A DNA stretch of 63,992 nucleotides, filler included, from an uncultured bacterium (GTDB taxonomy: Bacteria > CAYSBA01), in assembly GCA_964429075.1 (NCBI GenBank). It is 8 parts of 8 records of this genome, joined end to end, with 100 filler letters (N's around TTAATTAATTAA, not from the genome) between each part and the next. Parts side by side here need not be neighbours in the genome. Positions count along the whole stretch, not along the records: positions 25,617 to 33,895 come from CAYSBA010000042.1; positions 33,996 to 42,188 come from CAYSBA010000043.1; positions 42,289 to 50,445 come from CAYSBA010000044.1; 5 more parts are not named here. The stretch is one strand, 5' to 3'. Each line of letters opens with the position of its first letter. Position 1 is the first letter of the stretch. Shown here one piece after another: positions 33,546 to 43,121 of this stretch. Under the pieces are notes generated by a model, which saw nothing but the letters and a program-made list of their open reading frames with translations, was not told where the DNA came from and ran no database searches. The position numbers and the translations under genes were made by a program.

Positions 33546-33698
33546 TCTCTACTCCTTCTTTAATGTTATTGCACAAAAAAACTTGACCTTGCAATTATTA
33601 CAAGCTGTGCATTATGTCAAGGAAAAACATCTTATGTATTTTTTATGATTATTTGGGCTTGACAAATATTACGATAGTTGTAAAAATATCTAAATAAA

Positions 33699-33895
33699 AT
33701 GATTATGAATGAAAAATTATTCAATAAAATATCAAAGGCACTATCAGACAGAAGAAGGCTCGAGATCCTTGAGGTTATAAGCAGACACAAAGAGATTTCC
33801 TGTGGAAAGATTGCAGAGCTATTTCCTATTGGTCAGTCCACAATATCCCACCACCTCAAGATGCTTACAGATTCTGAAATAGTAAATGTAAGAAG
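33699..33895 (+). CDS. ArsR/SmtB family regulator (3' truncated)
   Basis: KALSDRRRLEIL, QSTISHHLK.L. Confidence 0.85.
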
Positions 33896-33995
33896 NNNNN
33901 NNNNNNNNNNNNNNNNNNNNNNNNNNNNNNNNNNNNNNNTTAATTAATTAANNNNNNNNNNNNNNNNNNNNNNNNNNNNNNNNNNNNNNNNNNNN
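33896..33995. other. artificial contig linker
   Basis: 44 N + TTAATTAATTAA + 44 N. Confidence 0.98.
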
Positions 33996-34033
33996 AAACT
34001 GTCTATTGATACAGGATAGGGGACTTAACAGAA

Positions 34034-34453
34034 TTATTCGCCAATAATCTTTACAAGTACCCTTTTCTTACGTCTGCCATCAAATTCGCCGTAGAAGATC
34101 TGTTCCCATGGACCAAAATCCAGTCTACCATCTGTAATTGCAACCACAACCTCTCTACCCATTATCTGTCTTTTGAGATGCGCATCTCCGTTGTCTTCCC
34201 CTGTAAGATTATGTTTGTAGTTTGATAGTGGTTCATGCGGAGCAAGCTCTTCAAGCCATCTCTCATAGTCTTGATGAAGCCCTGGCTCATCATCATTTAT
34301 AAAAACAGATGCTGTAATATGCATTGCATTTACAAGGCAGAGACCCTCTTTTACACCACTTTCTTTTACACATCTTTCTATCTGATCAGTTATATTTATA
34401 AATGCCCTTCTTGTTGGAACATTAAACCATAGTTCCTTCCTATAGCTTTTCAT
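34034..34453 (-). CDS. yjbQ: YjbQ/UPF0047 family protein
   Basis: [30 protein letters not shown]. Confidence 0.9.
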   Translation of the reverse strand: MKSYRKELWFNVPTRRAFINITDQIERCVKESGVKEGLCLVNAMHITASVFINDDEPGLHQDYERWLEELAPHEPLSNYKHNLTGEDNGDAHLKRQIMGREVVVAITDGRLDFGPWEQIFYGEFDGRRKKRVLVKIIGE

Positions 34454-34454
34454 C

Positions 34455-35837
34455 TTAATGCTCCTTTTTTGAATTTATTGCATCAATTATCCTCTGTTTC
34501 ATTCTATATGCATCCTTTATGCAATCTGCAAGCGATATCCCCCTGTAGGCATTACCTACAAAGAATATCGATCCGTTTTCCTTCGAAATACGCTCTATTG
34601 CCTCTACTTTCTTTGAGTGACCCACATTATACTGCGGTATCCCCTTTGGATGACGATATATTTTTATAAGCCCTGGCTCCTGTTTAATACCTACTATATC
34701 CTTTATTTCATCCTTTGTAATCTCTATCAATTCGTTATCTGACTTTTCAATCATCTCTGGCCGTTTTGCTCCGCCAAGTATCGTTCTTATCAAAAACTTA
34801 TCTTCCGGGGACCTGAAACCAGGGAAAATACTCGATGTCCAGAGACTTCCAAGTATATTTCTCTTTTCTTTTGATGGAATTAAGAATCCAAAACCATTGA
34901 GTTTTGACTTAAGTTCTCTGTCTGGATCATCATATGAAAAGGCAACAACCACGCATGGTGCATAGGGTATCTCATTAAAAACCTCTGCATCACTACCGAT
35001 AAAATCCTTTACAAGATCATGGGTAATGTATGCAGGTGTGGCGAGTACAACAAATCTTGATTCGTACTCAAAACCATCTCCATAAACCACCCATCTATCC
35101 TTTTTAAAGTAAACCCTTTCCACCTGTCTTTCTGTCTCTACCTCCACCTTTTTTGCAAGTTCCTTTAAAAACCATCCCTGCCCTTTTTTAAAGGAAGTGA
35201 GCACACCAGCTGGACCGGCAGGCCCTCCTTTTAACTTCTTTTGTTTTTTCAGCCTGACCATACCCTTAAAAAGTCCACCATAGTTACTCTCGAGTTCAAA
35301 GATCTTTGGGAAGCTGCTTTTTAGACTCAATCTGTATGGGTCTCCAGCAAAGACTCCAGTTACCATTGGGTCAATTAATCTATCAAGGGCCTCTGTTCCA
35401 AGTCTCCTGATAGCAAATTGAGCAACCGTCTCATCATCAGTCCCCTTCTTTTGGCTCATGATTGGTTCGGAGAGTAATCTGAGTTTACCGGCAACTGAAA
35501 GTAGCCTGCTCTTTAAGAACTCCTTTGGATCTTCAGGCAGCTTGTGAAGTGTACCGTTATGTAAGACAAAACGCTTTCTTGCTGCATCACTTGAATATAA
35601 AATATTATCTGTAAATCCTGCATCTTTAACAAGTTCAATGGCCTCCTCTTTGCTGCTTAAAAATCCATTTGGACCTATCTCAATTAAATGACCCTCTACC
35701 TCTTCGGTACGGTTTTTACCACCTACAGATGCCTTTTTTTCTAATACAAGTACATCTAAAGGATGTTCACCCTTTTTTAAAAGATATGCAAGGGAAAGAC
35801 CGGCAATTCCTCCTCCGACTACAATTACATCTCGCAT
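34455..35837 (-). CDS. hemY: protoporphyrinogen oxidase, HemY type
   Basis: [41 protein letters not shown]...DC. Confidence 0.92.
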   Translation of the reverse strand: MRDVIVVGGGIAGLSLAYLLKKGEHPLDVLVLEKKASVGGKNRTEEVEGHLIEIGPNGFLSSKEEAIELVKDAGFTDNILYSSDAARKRFVLHNGTLHKLPEDPKEFLKSRLLSVAGKLRLLSEPIMSQKKGTDDETVAQFAIRRLGTEALDRLIDPMVTGVFAGDPYRLSLKSSFPKIFELESNYGGLFKGMVRLKKQKKLKGGPAGPAGVLTSFKKGQGWFLKELAKKVEVETERQVERVYFKKDRWVVYGDGFEYESRFVVLATPAYITHDLVKDFIGSDAEVFNEIPYAPCVVVAFSYDDPDRELKSKLNGFGFLIPSKEKRNILGSLWTSSIFPGFRSPEDKFLIRTILGGAKRPEMIEKSDNELIEITKDEIKDIVGIKQEPGLIKIYRHPKGIPQYNVGHSKKVEAIERISKENGSIFFVGNAYRGISLADCIKDAYRMKQRIIDAINSKKEH

Positions 35838-36805
35838 ATCTCACTCCCAATCTTTAATTTTGCCTCTATCAAATCAGCAAGTGACTTTGCAAGTCCACTG
35901 TCTTCATTGTGACAGGGTAACCTTATATAGTCAACCTTAGCGTTCTCTATCTTCTTTTTAAACATTATATCGAGTTCATAAAGGGTCTCAAGGTTTTCAG
36001 TCACAAAACTTATAGGGACTATAATAATCCTTTTAAAGTCTTCAGCAATGCACTTATTCACAACCTCTTTTAATGACGGACCAAGCCATTCAATTGGTCC
36101 AACCTTACTTTGAAAGCCAAGCCTGTAGTTAAAATCTAAAGAGGTTCTCTCAACTATTCTTTTTACAGTTTCCTTAACCTGATTTTCATAGGGATCCCCT
36201 CTTTTTATCTGCCTATATGGAATACTATGTGCACTGAAGATAACCACATCCTCTTCTTGTGGACCTATATCTTTTATATTAGATACATAATGGTCGATAT
36301 AACCCTGCTCCAGGTGGAAGCTTCTGATAAAATGTATCTTTTTTTGAGAAATTCTGTACCGCTTTGCAAGGATCTCCAACTTTTTCTCAATCGCACCTGT
36401 TGTTGAATATGAATAGTGAGGGAACATAGGAACAATTATAATCCTTGTATCATCTTCAATATATTCTTTTATCTTTCTAAGGACATCATCTAATAGTGGT
36501 TCAGAATACATCATCGCCCATCTTACTTCGGTATCTAATTCTTGTTCGTTGAGTATCTTTTTGATTAACTTTGCTTGATTTTCTGTAATTCTCAAAAGGG
36601 GTGAATCCCATCCTATAGCATCATACATTTTTTTAGTCTTGTTTGTCCTTATCCTTGTTATAATACCTGCCAGTACCATCTGAAGTGACTCACTGAAAGG
36701 AGTTCTGATCAGGTTCTTATCAGAAAACATTCTGAACAAAAATGACTTTACCTCAGCCGGGCTAGAAGGTCCTCCAAGGTTCACAAGTATTACAAAGTCT
36801 GCCAT
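35825..36805 (-). CDS. hemH: ferrochelatase
   Basis: LVNLGGP, SPL, P.YS.ST, FSAHSIP, GDPY, FQSKVGP.EWL.P, ETLYELD. Confidence 0.93.
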   Translation of the reverse strand: MADFVILVNLGGPSSPAEVKSFLFRMFSDKNLIRTPFSESLQMVLAGIITRIRTNKTKKMYDAIGWDSPLLRITENQAKLIKKILNEQELDTEVRWAMMYSEPLLDDVLRKIKEYIEDDTRIIIVPMFPHYSYSTTGAIEKKLEILAKRYRISQKKIHFIRSFHLEQGYIDHYVSNIKDIGPQEEDVVIFSAHSIPYRQIKRGDPYENQVKETVKRIVERTSLDFNYRLGFQSKVGPIEWLGPSLKEVVNKCIAEDFKRIIIVPISFVTENLETLYELDIMFKKKIENAKVDYIRLPCHNEDSGLAKSLADLIEAKLKIGSEICEM

Positions 36806-36812
36806 TTATGAT

Positions 36813-38207
36813 CTAAATAGTTCTACTAAATTTTGCCCTACCTGACTTGTTTAGCTCTGGTAGATACTCATCAAAGATCATAGCGATGTTTCTTAGGAAG
36901 AACCTGCCCTTTGGTGTAACGTACAGACCATCTTCTCTTAGATCAACGAGATTCTCATTTTGCAGATCTAAAAGCCGTTCAAGCTCTAAATGGAACTGAT
37001 CTGAAAAACTTTCTATACCAAAAAGAGCAGAAACCTTTTCGTAATTAACCCTGAGATTACACATAATTTCTCTTATTATGTAGCCTCGAAGGTTATCGTT
37101 TTGTGTCTTTATATAACCTTTTTCAGTTGCAAAAGATCCTTTTGAGATAGCAAGATGGTAATCACCAAGGCGTCTTAGATTTTGAAAATATCCATCCTTA
37201 ACCTCACCAATAGATGTGACACCAAACCCTATAAGATCGTCTGCCCTCTTTACTGTGTAGCCCTGAAAATTTCTGTAAAGATTGCCATTTTTAAGACTTA
37301 TACAGAGCTCATCATCAGGTTTGGCAAAGTGATCCATACCTATCTGTTCATACCCAGCATCCATCAACATATTAACAGTCTGTGCGAATGTATTAAATTT
37401 TTCTACAGGCTTAGGTAGCCACTCCTTAAGGATCTTTTTCTGATGTGGTTTCATCCAGGGGACATAGGCAAAACTAAACAGTGCAATCCTATCAGGAGAA
37501 AGTTCAATGACCTTCTCAACCGTATATCTAAATGTATCCCAGCTCTGACCCGGTAATCCATAGACAAGATCTATATTGATACTTTTGAACCCTGACCTTC
37601 TACATGCCTCAAAAATTGGTATGGTAACAGATTCTGGTTGTATGCGATTTATCAAACGTTGAACCTTTGGATCAAAGTCCTGTACCCCCATACTTATCCT
37701 GTTAAATCCAAGCTCTCTAAGAAAAAAGATCTGATCCGGGGATGAAGATCGGGGATCTATCTCAAGGGCAATCTCGGCATCTTCACTAAAGGAAAAGTGA
37801 CTTTTAATACTTGAGAAAAGTCTTTTTATTCTATCATCTCCTATGGAATTTGGAGAACCACCACCCCAATGCATCTGAGATATTATACGCCTTCTGCCAA
37901 GAATATCAGACACAAGATCCATCTCTTTATCAAGATCATCCAGATACCTATCAATTATATCCTTCCTCTTTATAACCATGGCATTACAGCCACAGAAATG
38001 ACACATTATCTTACAGAATGGGATATGAAAGTATACAGAAATTGGTTTTTCTGATTCTCTGGCCGATTTCTTTAGATGATTTATGTAGTCCTGTTGACCA
38101 ACACCCTTATGAAAGATTGGAGCTGTTGGATAACTTGTATAACGAGGCCCCGGGATATCATATTTGAGTAACGTCTCGACATCAATCCTGAATCTTTCAT
38201 CTGCCAT
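36813..38207 (-). CDS. hemN: oxygen-independent coproporphyrinogen III dehydrogenase
   Basis: GPRYTSYPTA, YFHIPFC...C..CGC, WGGG.P, GMDHFA, RNFQGY, FSRTI. Confidence 0.95.
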   Translation of the reverse strand: MADERFRIDVETLLKYDIPGPRYTSYPTAPIFHKGVGQQDYINHLKKSARESEKPISVYFHIPFCKIMCHFCGCNAMVIKRKDIIDRYLDDLDKEMDLVSDILGRRRIISQMHWGGGSPNSIGDDRIKRLFSSIKSHFSFSEDAEIALEIDPRSSSPDQIFFLRELGFNRISMGVQDFDPKVQRLINRIQPESVTIPIFEACRRSGFKSINIDLVYGLPGQSWDTFRYTVEKVIELSPDRIALFSFAYVPWMKPHQKKILKEWLPKPVEKFNTFAQTVNMLMDAGYEQIGMDHFAKPDDELCISLKNGNLYRNFQGYTVKRADDLIGFGVTSIGEVKDGYFQNLRRLGDYHLAISKGSFATEKGYIKTQNDNLRGYIIREIMCNLRVNYEKVSALFGIESFSDQFHLELERLLDLQNENLVDLREDGLYVTPKGRFFLRNIAMIFDEYLPELNKSGRAKFSRTI

Positions 38208-38210
38208 AAT

Positions 38211-39278
38211 CTATCCACTAAAATTATGTACAATATCAACAATAAGGTCAATCTTGTCAGGATCTGTCTGTTTTAGAATTCCATGACCAAGGTTAAATAT
38301 GTATCTGTTTTGACCATTTTTCAATGCACCAGAGAGGATATATCTCACATCCTCTACTAATTCCTTATCAGGTTTAAATAGAGCAGCTGGATCAAGATTA
38401 CCCTGAATAACAATATCACCAAGTATAGACCTTGCTATTTCAATATCAATACGCCAATCAATGCTTATACATTGAGCACCACACTCTTTTATAATATCGA
38501 GATAGGAGCTTGTACCGTTTGAGTAGTAAATAACTGGTACATTCCGTTCTTTTACAGCTGAAATTAGTTGTTTAATGTAAGGCAGATTTTTTGTTTTATA
38601 GTCAACAGGACTCAATGCACCTGCCCAGGAATCAAAGATCTGAACAAGATCTACCCCTGCATCAATTTGGGCAAAGAGATACTCTTTAAGTGACTCAGTA
38701 AGCCTTTCCATAAGGGCAAAGAAGTTTTTCTGTTCCATATTCATGTATCGTTTTGCAGTATCAAATGTCCTTGATGTACGCCCCTCTATACAATAGCACG
38801 CAAGTGTAAAGGGAGCACCACAAAATCCAATCAGGGGGAGTCGGTTATTTAGTTCATCTTTAACAAGCCTTATAGTTTTAAAGAGAAAATCAATCTTTGA
38901 TAAATCAATAGTTTTACCTGAGCCTTCAGGGAGTTTATTAATTCGAGAAAGACAATTTGTAATATAGGGCCCTTTTTCATCAAAAACCACATCAAAACCA
39001 ACAGGTTCTAACGGCACAAGTATATCTGAAAAGATTATTGCTGCATCAAGGTCATAGCGCTCAACAGGCTGAAGTGTGATCCTTGTTGCAATCTCTGGTG
39101 TCTTACACATGATAAAAAAGTTTTTGCCCTCTCTGATCTTTCTGTATTCAGGGAGATAGCGTCCAGCCTGACGCATAAACCAGACGGGAGTACGATTCGG
39201 TTCCTTGCCTCGTAGAACGTCTAAGAGGGCTGAATTTTTAATTTTTGATTCCAAGGACTTCTGATAGCGAGTTAACAA
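38211..39278 (-). CDS. hemE: uroporphyrinogen decarboxylase (exact start uncertain)
   Basis: PVWFMRQAGRYLPEY, AIIFSDIL, FDSWAG, QGNLDP, FNLGHG. Confidence 0.95.
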   Translation of the reverse strand: MLTRYQKSLESKIKNSALLDVLRGKEPNRTPVWFMRQAGRYLPEYRKIREGKNFFIMCKTPEIATRITLQPVERYDLDAAIIFSDILVPLEPVGFDVVFDEKGPYITNCLSRINKLPEGSGKTIDLSKIDFLFKTIRLVKDELNNRLPLIGFCGAPFTLACYCIEGRTSRTFDTAKRYMNMEQKNFFALMERLTESLKEYLFAQIDAGVDLVQIFDSWAGALSPVDYKTKNLPYIKQLISAVKERNVPVIYYSNGTSSYLDIIKECGAQCISIDWRIDIEIARSILGDIVIQGNLDPAALFKPDKELVEDVRYILSGALKNGQNRYIFNLGHGILKQTDPDKIDLIVDIVHNFSG

Positions 39279-40335
39279 ATCGATTGTTTTCCTCTGGCAA
39301 GCCTATTGTTACCCTGAAGTGGGTTGGCATCTCATAGGGAACGAGAGGCCTTATAATAACACCACGTTTTAACATTTCCTGAAACACCTCACCAGATGGT
39401 CTTTTTACATCTATCAGTATAAAGTTCGTATTTCCTGCAATATGCCAGATAGCAAGTTCAGACATCTTTTCTGTAAGGAACTCTCTACCTCTGTCTGCAA
39501 GTTCTTTGCTCCTTTTAACATGCTCTTTATCATCCATTGCTGCGATTGCTGCTATCTGGGCAAGGCTGTTACAATTAAAAGGATTTCTGACCCTGTTGCA
39601 GTAGTTAACAATATCCTCATGTGCCACAGCGTAACCAACCCTGAGACCGGCAAGACCGTATATCTTTGAAAAGGTCCTTAATGTAACAATTCGTGGGTCC
39701 TTAGAGATATAAGTACTTGAATCGGGGTAATCATTCTGATCCACATATTCAAAATAGGCCTCATCCATAACAATTATAAGATGTTCTGGGGTGTTTTCCA
39801 GGAACCATTCAAATTCATCTTTTGTGATGTAAGTGCCTGTTGGATTGTTAGGATTGGCTATAAAAACAATCTTTGTCTTATCGGTTACCGCATGAGCAAG
39901 GGCCTCTACATCAAACCTCCAGTCTTTCATTGGGACCTCAACTATCCTTCTATCATGAGCCATTGCACCGATCTTGTACATGATAAAGGAGTATTTTGAT
40001 AGGAGGACTTCCTCATCCGGTCTGACAAGGGCCCTTATTAAGATATCAATAATCTCATTAGTCCCATTTCCAATCAGGATGTTTTTTAACTCTACATAAT
40101 GTTTTTGAGCCAGCTTTGTTCTGAGGTGATAAGCACCTCCATCAGGGTATAAAAAGACCTCCTTCAAATATGAACTGATTGCTTCAACAGCTTTTGGAGA
40201 TGCACCAAGGGCGTTTTCATTGCTGGCGAGTTTTATTATATCGGTTATACCATATTCCCTTGATACTTCGTCTATAGGCTTTCCTGGTTCATATGGCTTT
40301 AGCTTTTTAATAGATTCGGTAACCTCAATATGCAT
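39238..40335 (-). CDS. hisC: histidinol-phosphate aminotransferase
   Basis: YEPGKP, KLASNEN, NPNNPTG, DEAY, RTFSKIYGLAGLRVGY. Confidence 0.93.
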   Translation of the reverse strand: MHIEVTESIKKLKPYEPGKPIDEVSREYGITDIIKLASNENALGASPKAVEAISSYLKEVFLYPDGGAYHLRTKLAQKHYVELKNILIGNGTNEIIDILIRALVRPDEEVLLSKYSFIMYKIGAMAHDRRIVEVPMKDWRFDVEALAHAVTDKTKIVFIANPNNPTGTYITKDEFEWFLENTPEHLIIVMDEAYFEYVDQNDYPDSSTYISKDPRIVTLRTFSKIYGLAGLRVGYAVAHEDIVNYCNRVRNPFNCNSLAQIAAIAAMDDKEHVKRSKELADRGREFLTEKMSELAIWHIAGNTNFILIDVKRPSGEVFQEMLKRGVIIRPLVPYEMPTHFRVTIGLPEENNRFVNSLSEVLGIKN

Positions 40336-40361
40336 ATTACCCCCTATTTCTATAAAAAAAG

Positions 40362-40435
40362 CGGGGTGGACGGGACTCGAACCCGCGCCCTCCGACGTGA
40401 CAGGCCGGCGTTATAACCAACTTAACTACCACCCC
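40362..40435 (-). tRNA. tRNA-Asp (GUC), CCA not encoded
   Basis: GGGGTGG/CCACCCC acceptor stem, anticodon arm CCGGC-CTGTCAC-GTCGG, T-loop TTCGAGT. Confidence 0.95.
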
Positions 40436-40484
40436 GCATATTCCTTTTTATAAGTCTCTTGTAAAAGATCAATATATATCTATC

Positions 40485-40556
40485 TGGGCGGAACAGGGCT
40501 CGAACCTGCGACCTTCGGCTTGTAAGGCCGACGCTCTCCCACTGAGCTATCCGCCC
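40485..40556 (-). tRNA. tRNA-Val (UAC), CCA not encoded
   Basis: GGGCGGA/TCCGCCC acceptor stem, anticodon arm TCGGC-CTTACAA-GCCGA, T-loop TTCGAGC. Confidence 0.95.
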
Positions 40557-40569
40557 GATTGGGTAATCA

Positions 40570-40598
40570 GTTATAAAACAACAGTTTGGTGTTGTCAA
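40570..40598 (-). promoter_or_regulatory. sigma70 promoter of the tRNA-Val/tRNA-Asp unit
   Basis: minus-strand TTGACA (40598-40593), 17 bp spacer, TATAAC (40575-40570), 13 nt before the tRNA 5' end. Confidence 0.7.
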
Positions 40599-40673
40599 GA
40601 CTATTTACTTGAAAGGTTGACATTGTTTGTGCAATACTATAATCAATGAGAAAATTTTAAAAAGGAGATAGGT

Positions 40674-41099
40674 ATGAAAATTTACATGAAAGTCTTACAG
40701 ATTGCCTTTTTGGGTTTAATTACTGTACCCTTTTTTGCTTCGTGTGGAAGTATGAACTTAGATGACTACATACAGAAGTCTTCTGAGTCCTTCTGTAAGA
40801 AGTACGATGAGTGTTTTACTGATCAGGAAAAATCAGATATGGCACAGTATGTTGGATACTCCAATTATGATGAGTGTGTAAGTAAAATGGAACAAAATGC
40901 GAAGGACTCTGATCAATACAAAGCTATCAAAGATGGTACCTGTGACTTTAATTCAGACAATGCCCAGAAATGCCTCGATCATTTTGATAAGGAATATACG
41001 TGTGACGATATGAAAGGAAAGGGAAGCTATCAGGATGATCCATCGTGTAATGAGGTGGTATCTGGAAGTGACCCGGTCTGTCAGAATCAGAACAAATAA
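40674..41099 (+). CDS. Cys-rich secreted lipoprotein
   Basis: signal peptide ending FFASC; 8 further Cys; AGGAG RBS. Confidence 0.75.
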   Translation: MKIYMKVLQIAFLGLITVPFFASCGSMNLDDYIQKSSESFCKKYDECFTDQEKSDMAQYVGYSNYDECVSKMEQNAKDSDQYKAIKDGTCDFNSDNAQKCLDHFDKEYTCDDMKGKGSYQDDPSCNEVVSGSDPVCQNQNK

Positions 41100-41173
41100 A
41101 AGACCCATAGAGATATTGACATTATTCCATCTCTTTTATATCAAGAGATTATAACTTTTCGGGGAGAAAGAGA

Positions 41174-42103
41174 ATGATAAAGTGCATGAATTGTGGAAGG
41201 GAGAATGAGGACAGCTTTGAGTTTTGCATAGATTGTGGGAGTCCCCTCAAACAGGTAAATGACAGGCCTGTCACACTCACAGATGTGGTGGACGAACAGC
41301 CTGCTCCACAGAAATGTCCTAATTGTGGTGCTGAGGTGCCAGCTGGCTTTAAATTTTGTGGTAGCTGCGGGACAAAATTGACCGATGAACCAATACAGCC
41401 TCCTGGTGGTGGAAAGACTATGTTTATGCATGCAATCAAACCAGAAGAGGTGGCAGAACCAAAACCATTTCTAATAACCATACATCCTGATGGTACTGAA
41501 GGGATGAAATACAATCTCGGAGCCCCTGAAAATGTGGCAGGAAGACTCGATGGCACAATTCTTTTTATGGAAGACAACTATGTTTCCCCGAAACACGCGA
41601 TCTTTCATAATGAAAACAATGTGCTTTCTGTTGAAGATGCAAATAGCCTGAATGGAGTATTTATAAGGATAAAAGAGCAGGAGATACAGCCTGGTGATCA
41701 GATAAGGATAGGTAGAGAGCTTTTACGTTTTGATAATTTAAAGAATACTCCAGTTATCAATTTTAATCTACCAGAAGGAGATGATACCCTTTTTTACGGA
41801 AGCATTGATGCAGGTTACTGGGGCAGACTTATTCAGATACTTGAAGGTGGCAAGATTGGCTCTATCTTTCTCTTGGCAAAGGAGAATGTTACTATCGGTC
41901 GTGAAGGCTGTGATATAAACTTTGTTAACGATAACTATGTCTCTGGTACCCATGCCCAGATAACACGAGTTGGTGATAGAGTGATTCTGAAGGATCTTGA
42001 CAGCAGTAATGGAACCTATATCAGAATAAAGAGCAGGCAACAGCTGAAAAAGGGTGATCTGCTTCTCATCGGTGAACGTTTGTTGAAGATAGACTACAGA
42101 TAA
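41174..42103 (+). CDS. double zinc-ribbon plus tandem FHA-domain protein
   Basis: CMNCG..FCIDCG and CPNCG..FCGSCG; FHA motifs GR..VSPKHA..SLNGV and GR..VSGTHA..SSNGT. Confidence 0.88.
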   Translation: MIKCMNCGRENEDSFEFCIDCGSPLKQVNDRPVTLTDVVDEQPAPQKCPNCGAEVPAGFKFCGSCGTKLTDEPIQPPGGGKTMFMHAIKPEEVAEPKPFLITIHPDGTEGMKYNLGAPENVAGRLDGTILFMEDNYVSPKHAIFHNENNVLSVEDANSLNGVFIRIKEQEIQPGDQIRIGRELLRFDNLKNTPVINFNLPEGDDTLFYGSIDAGYWGRLIQILEGGKIGSIFLLAKENVTIGREGCDINFVNDNYVSGTHAQITRVGDRVILKDLDSSNGTYIRIKSRQQLKKGDLLLIGERLLKIDYR

Positions 42104-42188
42104 GGCCCTCTGTTTATTTAACAAAGAGGTAGTAGATACTGAAAACTGGATAGGGTGATTTTTCACCTATTAATGATCCTCCGTATCC

Positions 42189-42288
42189 NNNNNNNNNNNN
42201 NNNNNNNNNNNNNNNNNNNNNNNNNNNNNNNNTTAATTAATTAANNNNNNNNNNNNNNNNNNNNNNNNNNNNNNNNNNNNNNNNNNNN
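42189..42288. other. artificial contig linker
   Basis: 44 N + TTAATTAATTAA + 44 N. Confidence 0.98.
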
Positions 42289-43016
42289 GCTTTTATATCC
42301 CTCTCAACAAGTTGTTTTATCTTTTCAGATTTTAAATCTCTCTTAAATTTCTTCAAATCAAGATCTATCGATTTTGCTATACTGTTTATCATACTGTCAT
42401 CGAGGACCTCCTGATTTTCAAACAGGGCTTTGTACATCTGCCAAAACTTTCCCTGTTTGAGTGCGGCAACTGCAGAAATTGCAGCTTTTTTTGAGTACTT
42501 ATGAATAGTTAAAGGAAAATTTTTAAAGTAGATCACAACCTTATTACGGTTGGCATTGTAGATCTTTTTTATAAGTTTTGCAGCAAGTCTACAGTATGGA
42601 CACTGAAAATCTGCAAATTCAACAATCACAACAGGTGCATCTTTGTTGCCAAGTTTTGGGGAATCCTTAAGATTAAAACTTATGGGTTTTGATCTCACAT
42701 CCCTTTTTATACGCATCAGCTGCTCTTTTATGTAAAGGGAATCTGGTCTTAGCGATGCTGCAGAGAGGATGTATTCGAAAAGGGCGATCGCGTCCCTGCA
42801 TGGTGAGGATGATAACTCGCCAAAAAGGGTCATAGGATTGCCGCATGGTGATATCTCATCCTTAAGGACATCTTTTACCACTCCCTCAATCCTCTCAACT
42901 CCACCCTCAACATCTATACCAAAACGTTCTGCAAGATCCTTGATCTCTCCAGCTATGGATACTTTATAAAAAAATAGAACAATAAAAATTATGCAGCCTA
43001 TTCTCTTGAAAAACAT
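42289..43016 (-). CDS. DsbA-like thioredoxin-fold protein (3' truncated)
   Basis: signal peptide; G..DAPVVIVEFADFQCPYC, NFPL..H, QGKFWQM. Confidence 0.85.
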
Positions 43017-43055
43017 AATTGCACTATAACAATAAAAAAAGATAATGGTCAAGCC

Positions 43056-43084
43056 TTGCTATATTAAAATTGATATGTTAAACT
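43056..43084 (+). promoter_or_regulatory. putative promoter of gdhA operon
   Basis: TTGCTA, 17 bp spacer, extended -10 TGnTAAACT; AGGAGG RBS downstream. Confidence 0.5.
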
Positions 43085-43121
43085 ATTTTAAATTAAAAAC
43101 AGCTCAGAAAGGAGGAAAACA

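Noticed and set aside
40362-41099. tRNA genes as a possible integration site
   Set aside because: No integrase, no duplicated tRNA 3' end, and housekeeping genes lie downstream.
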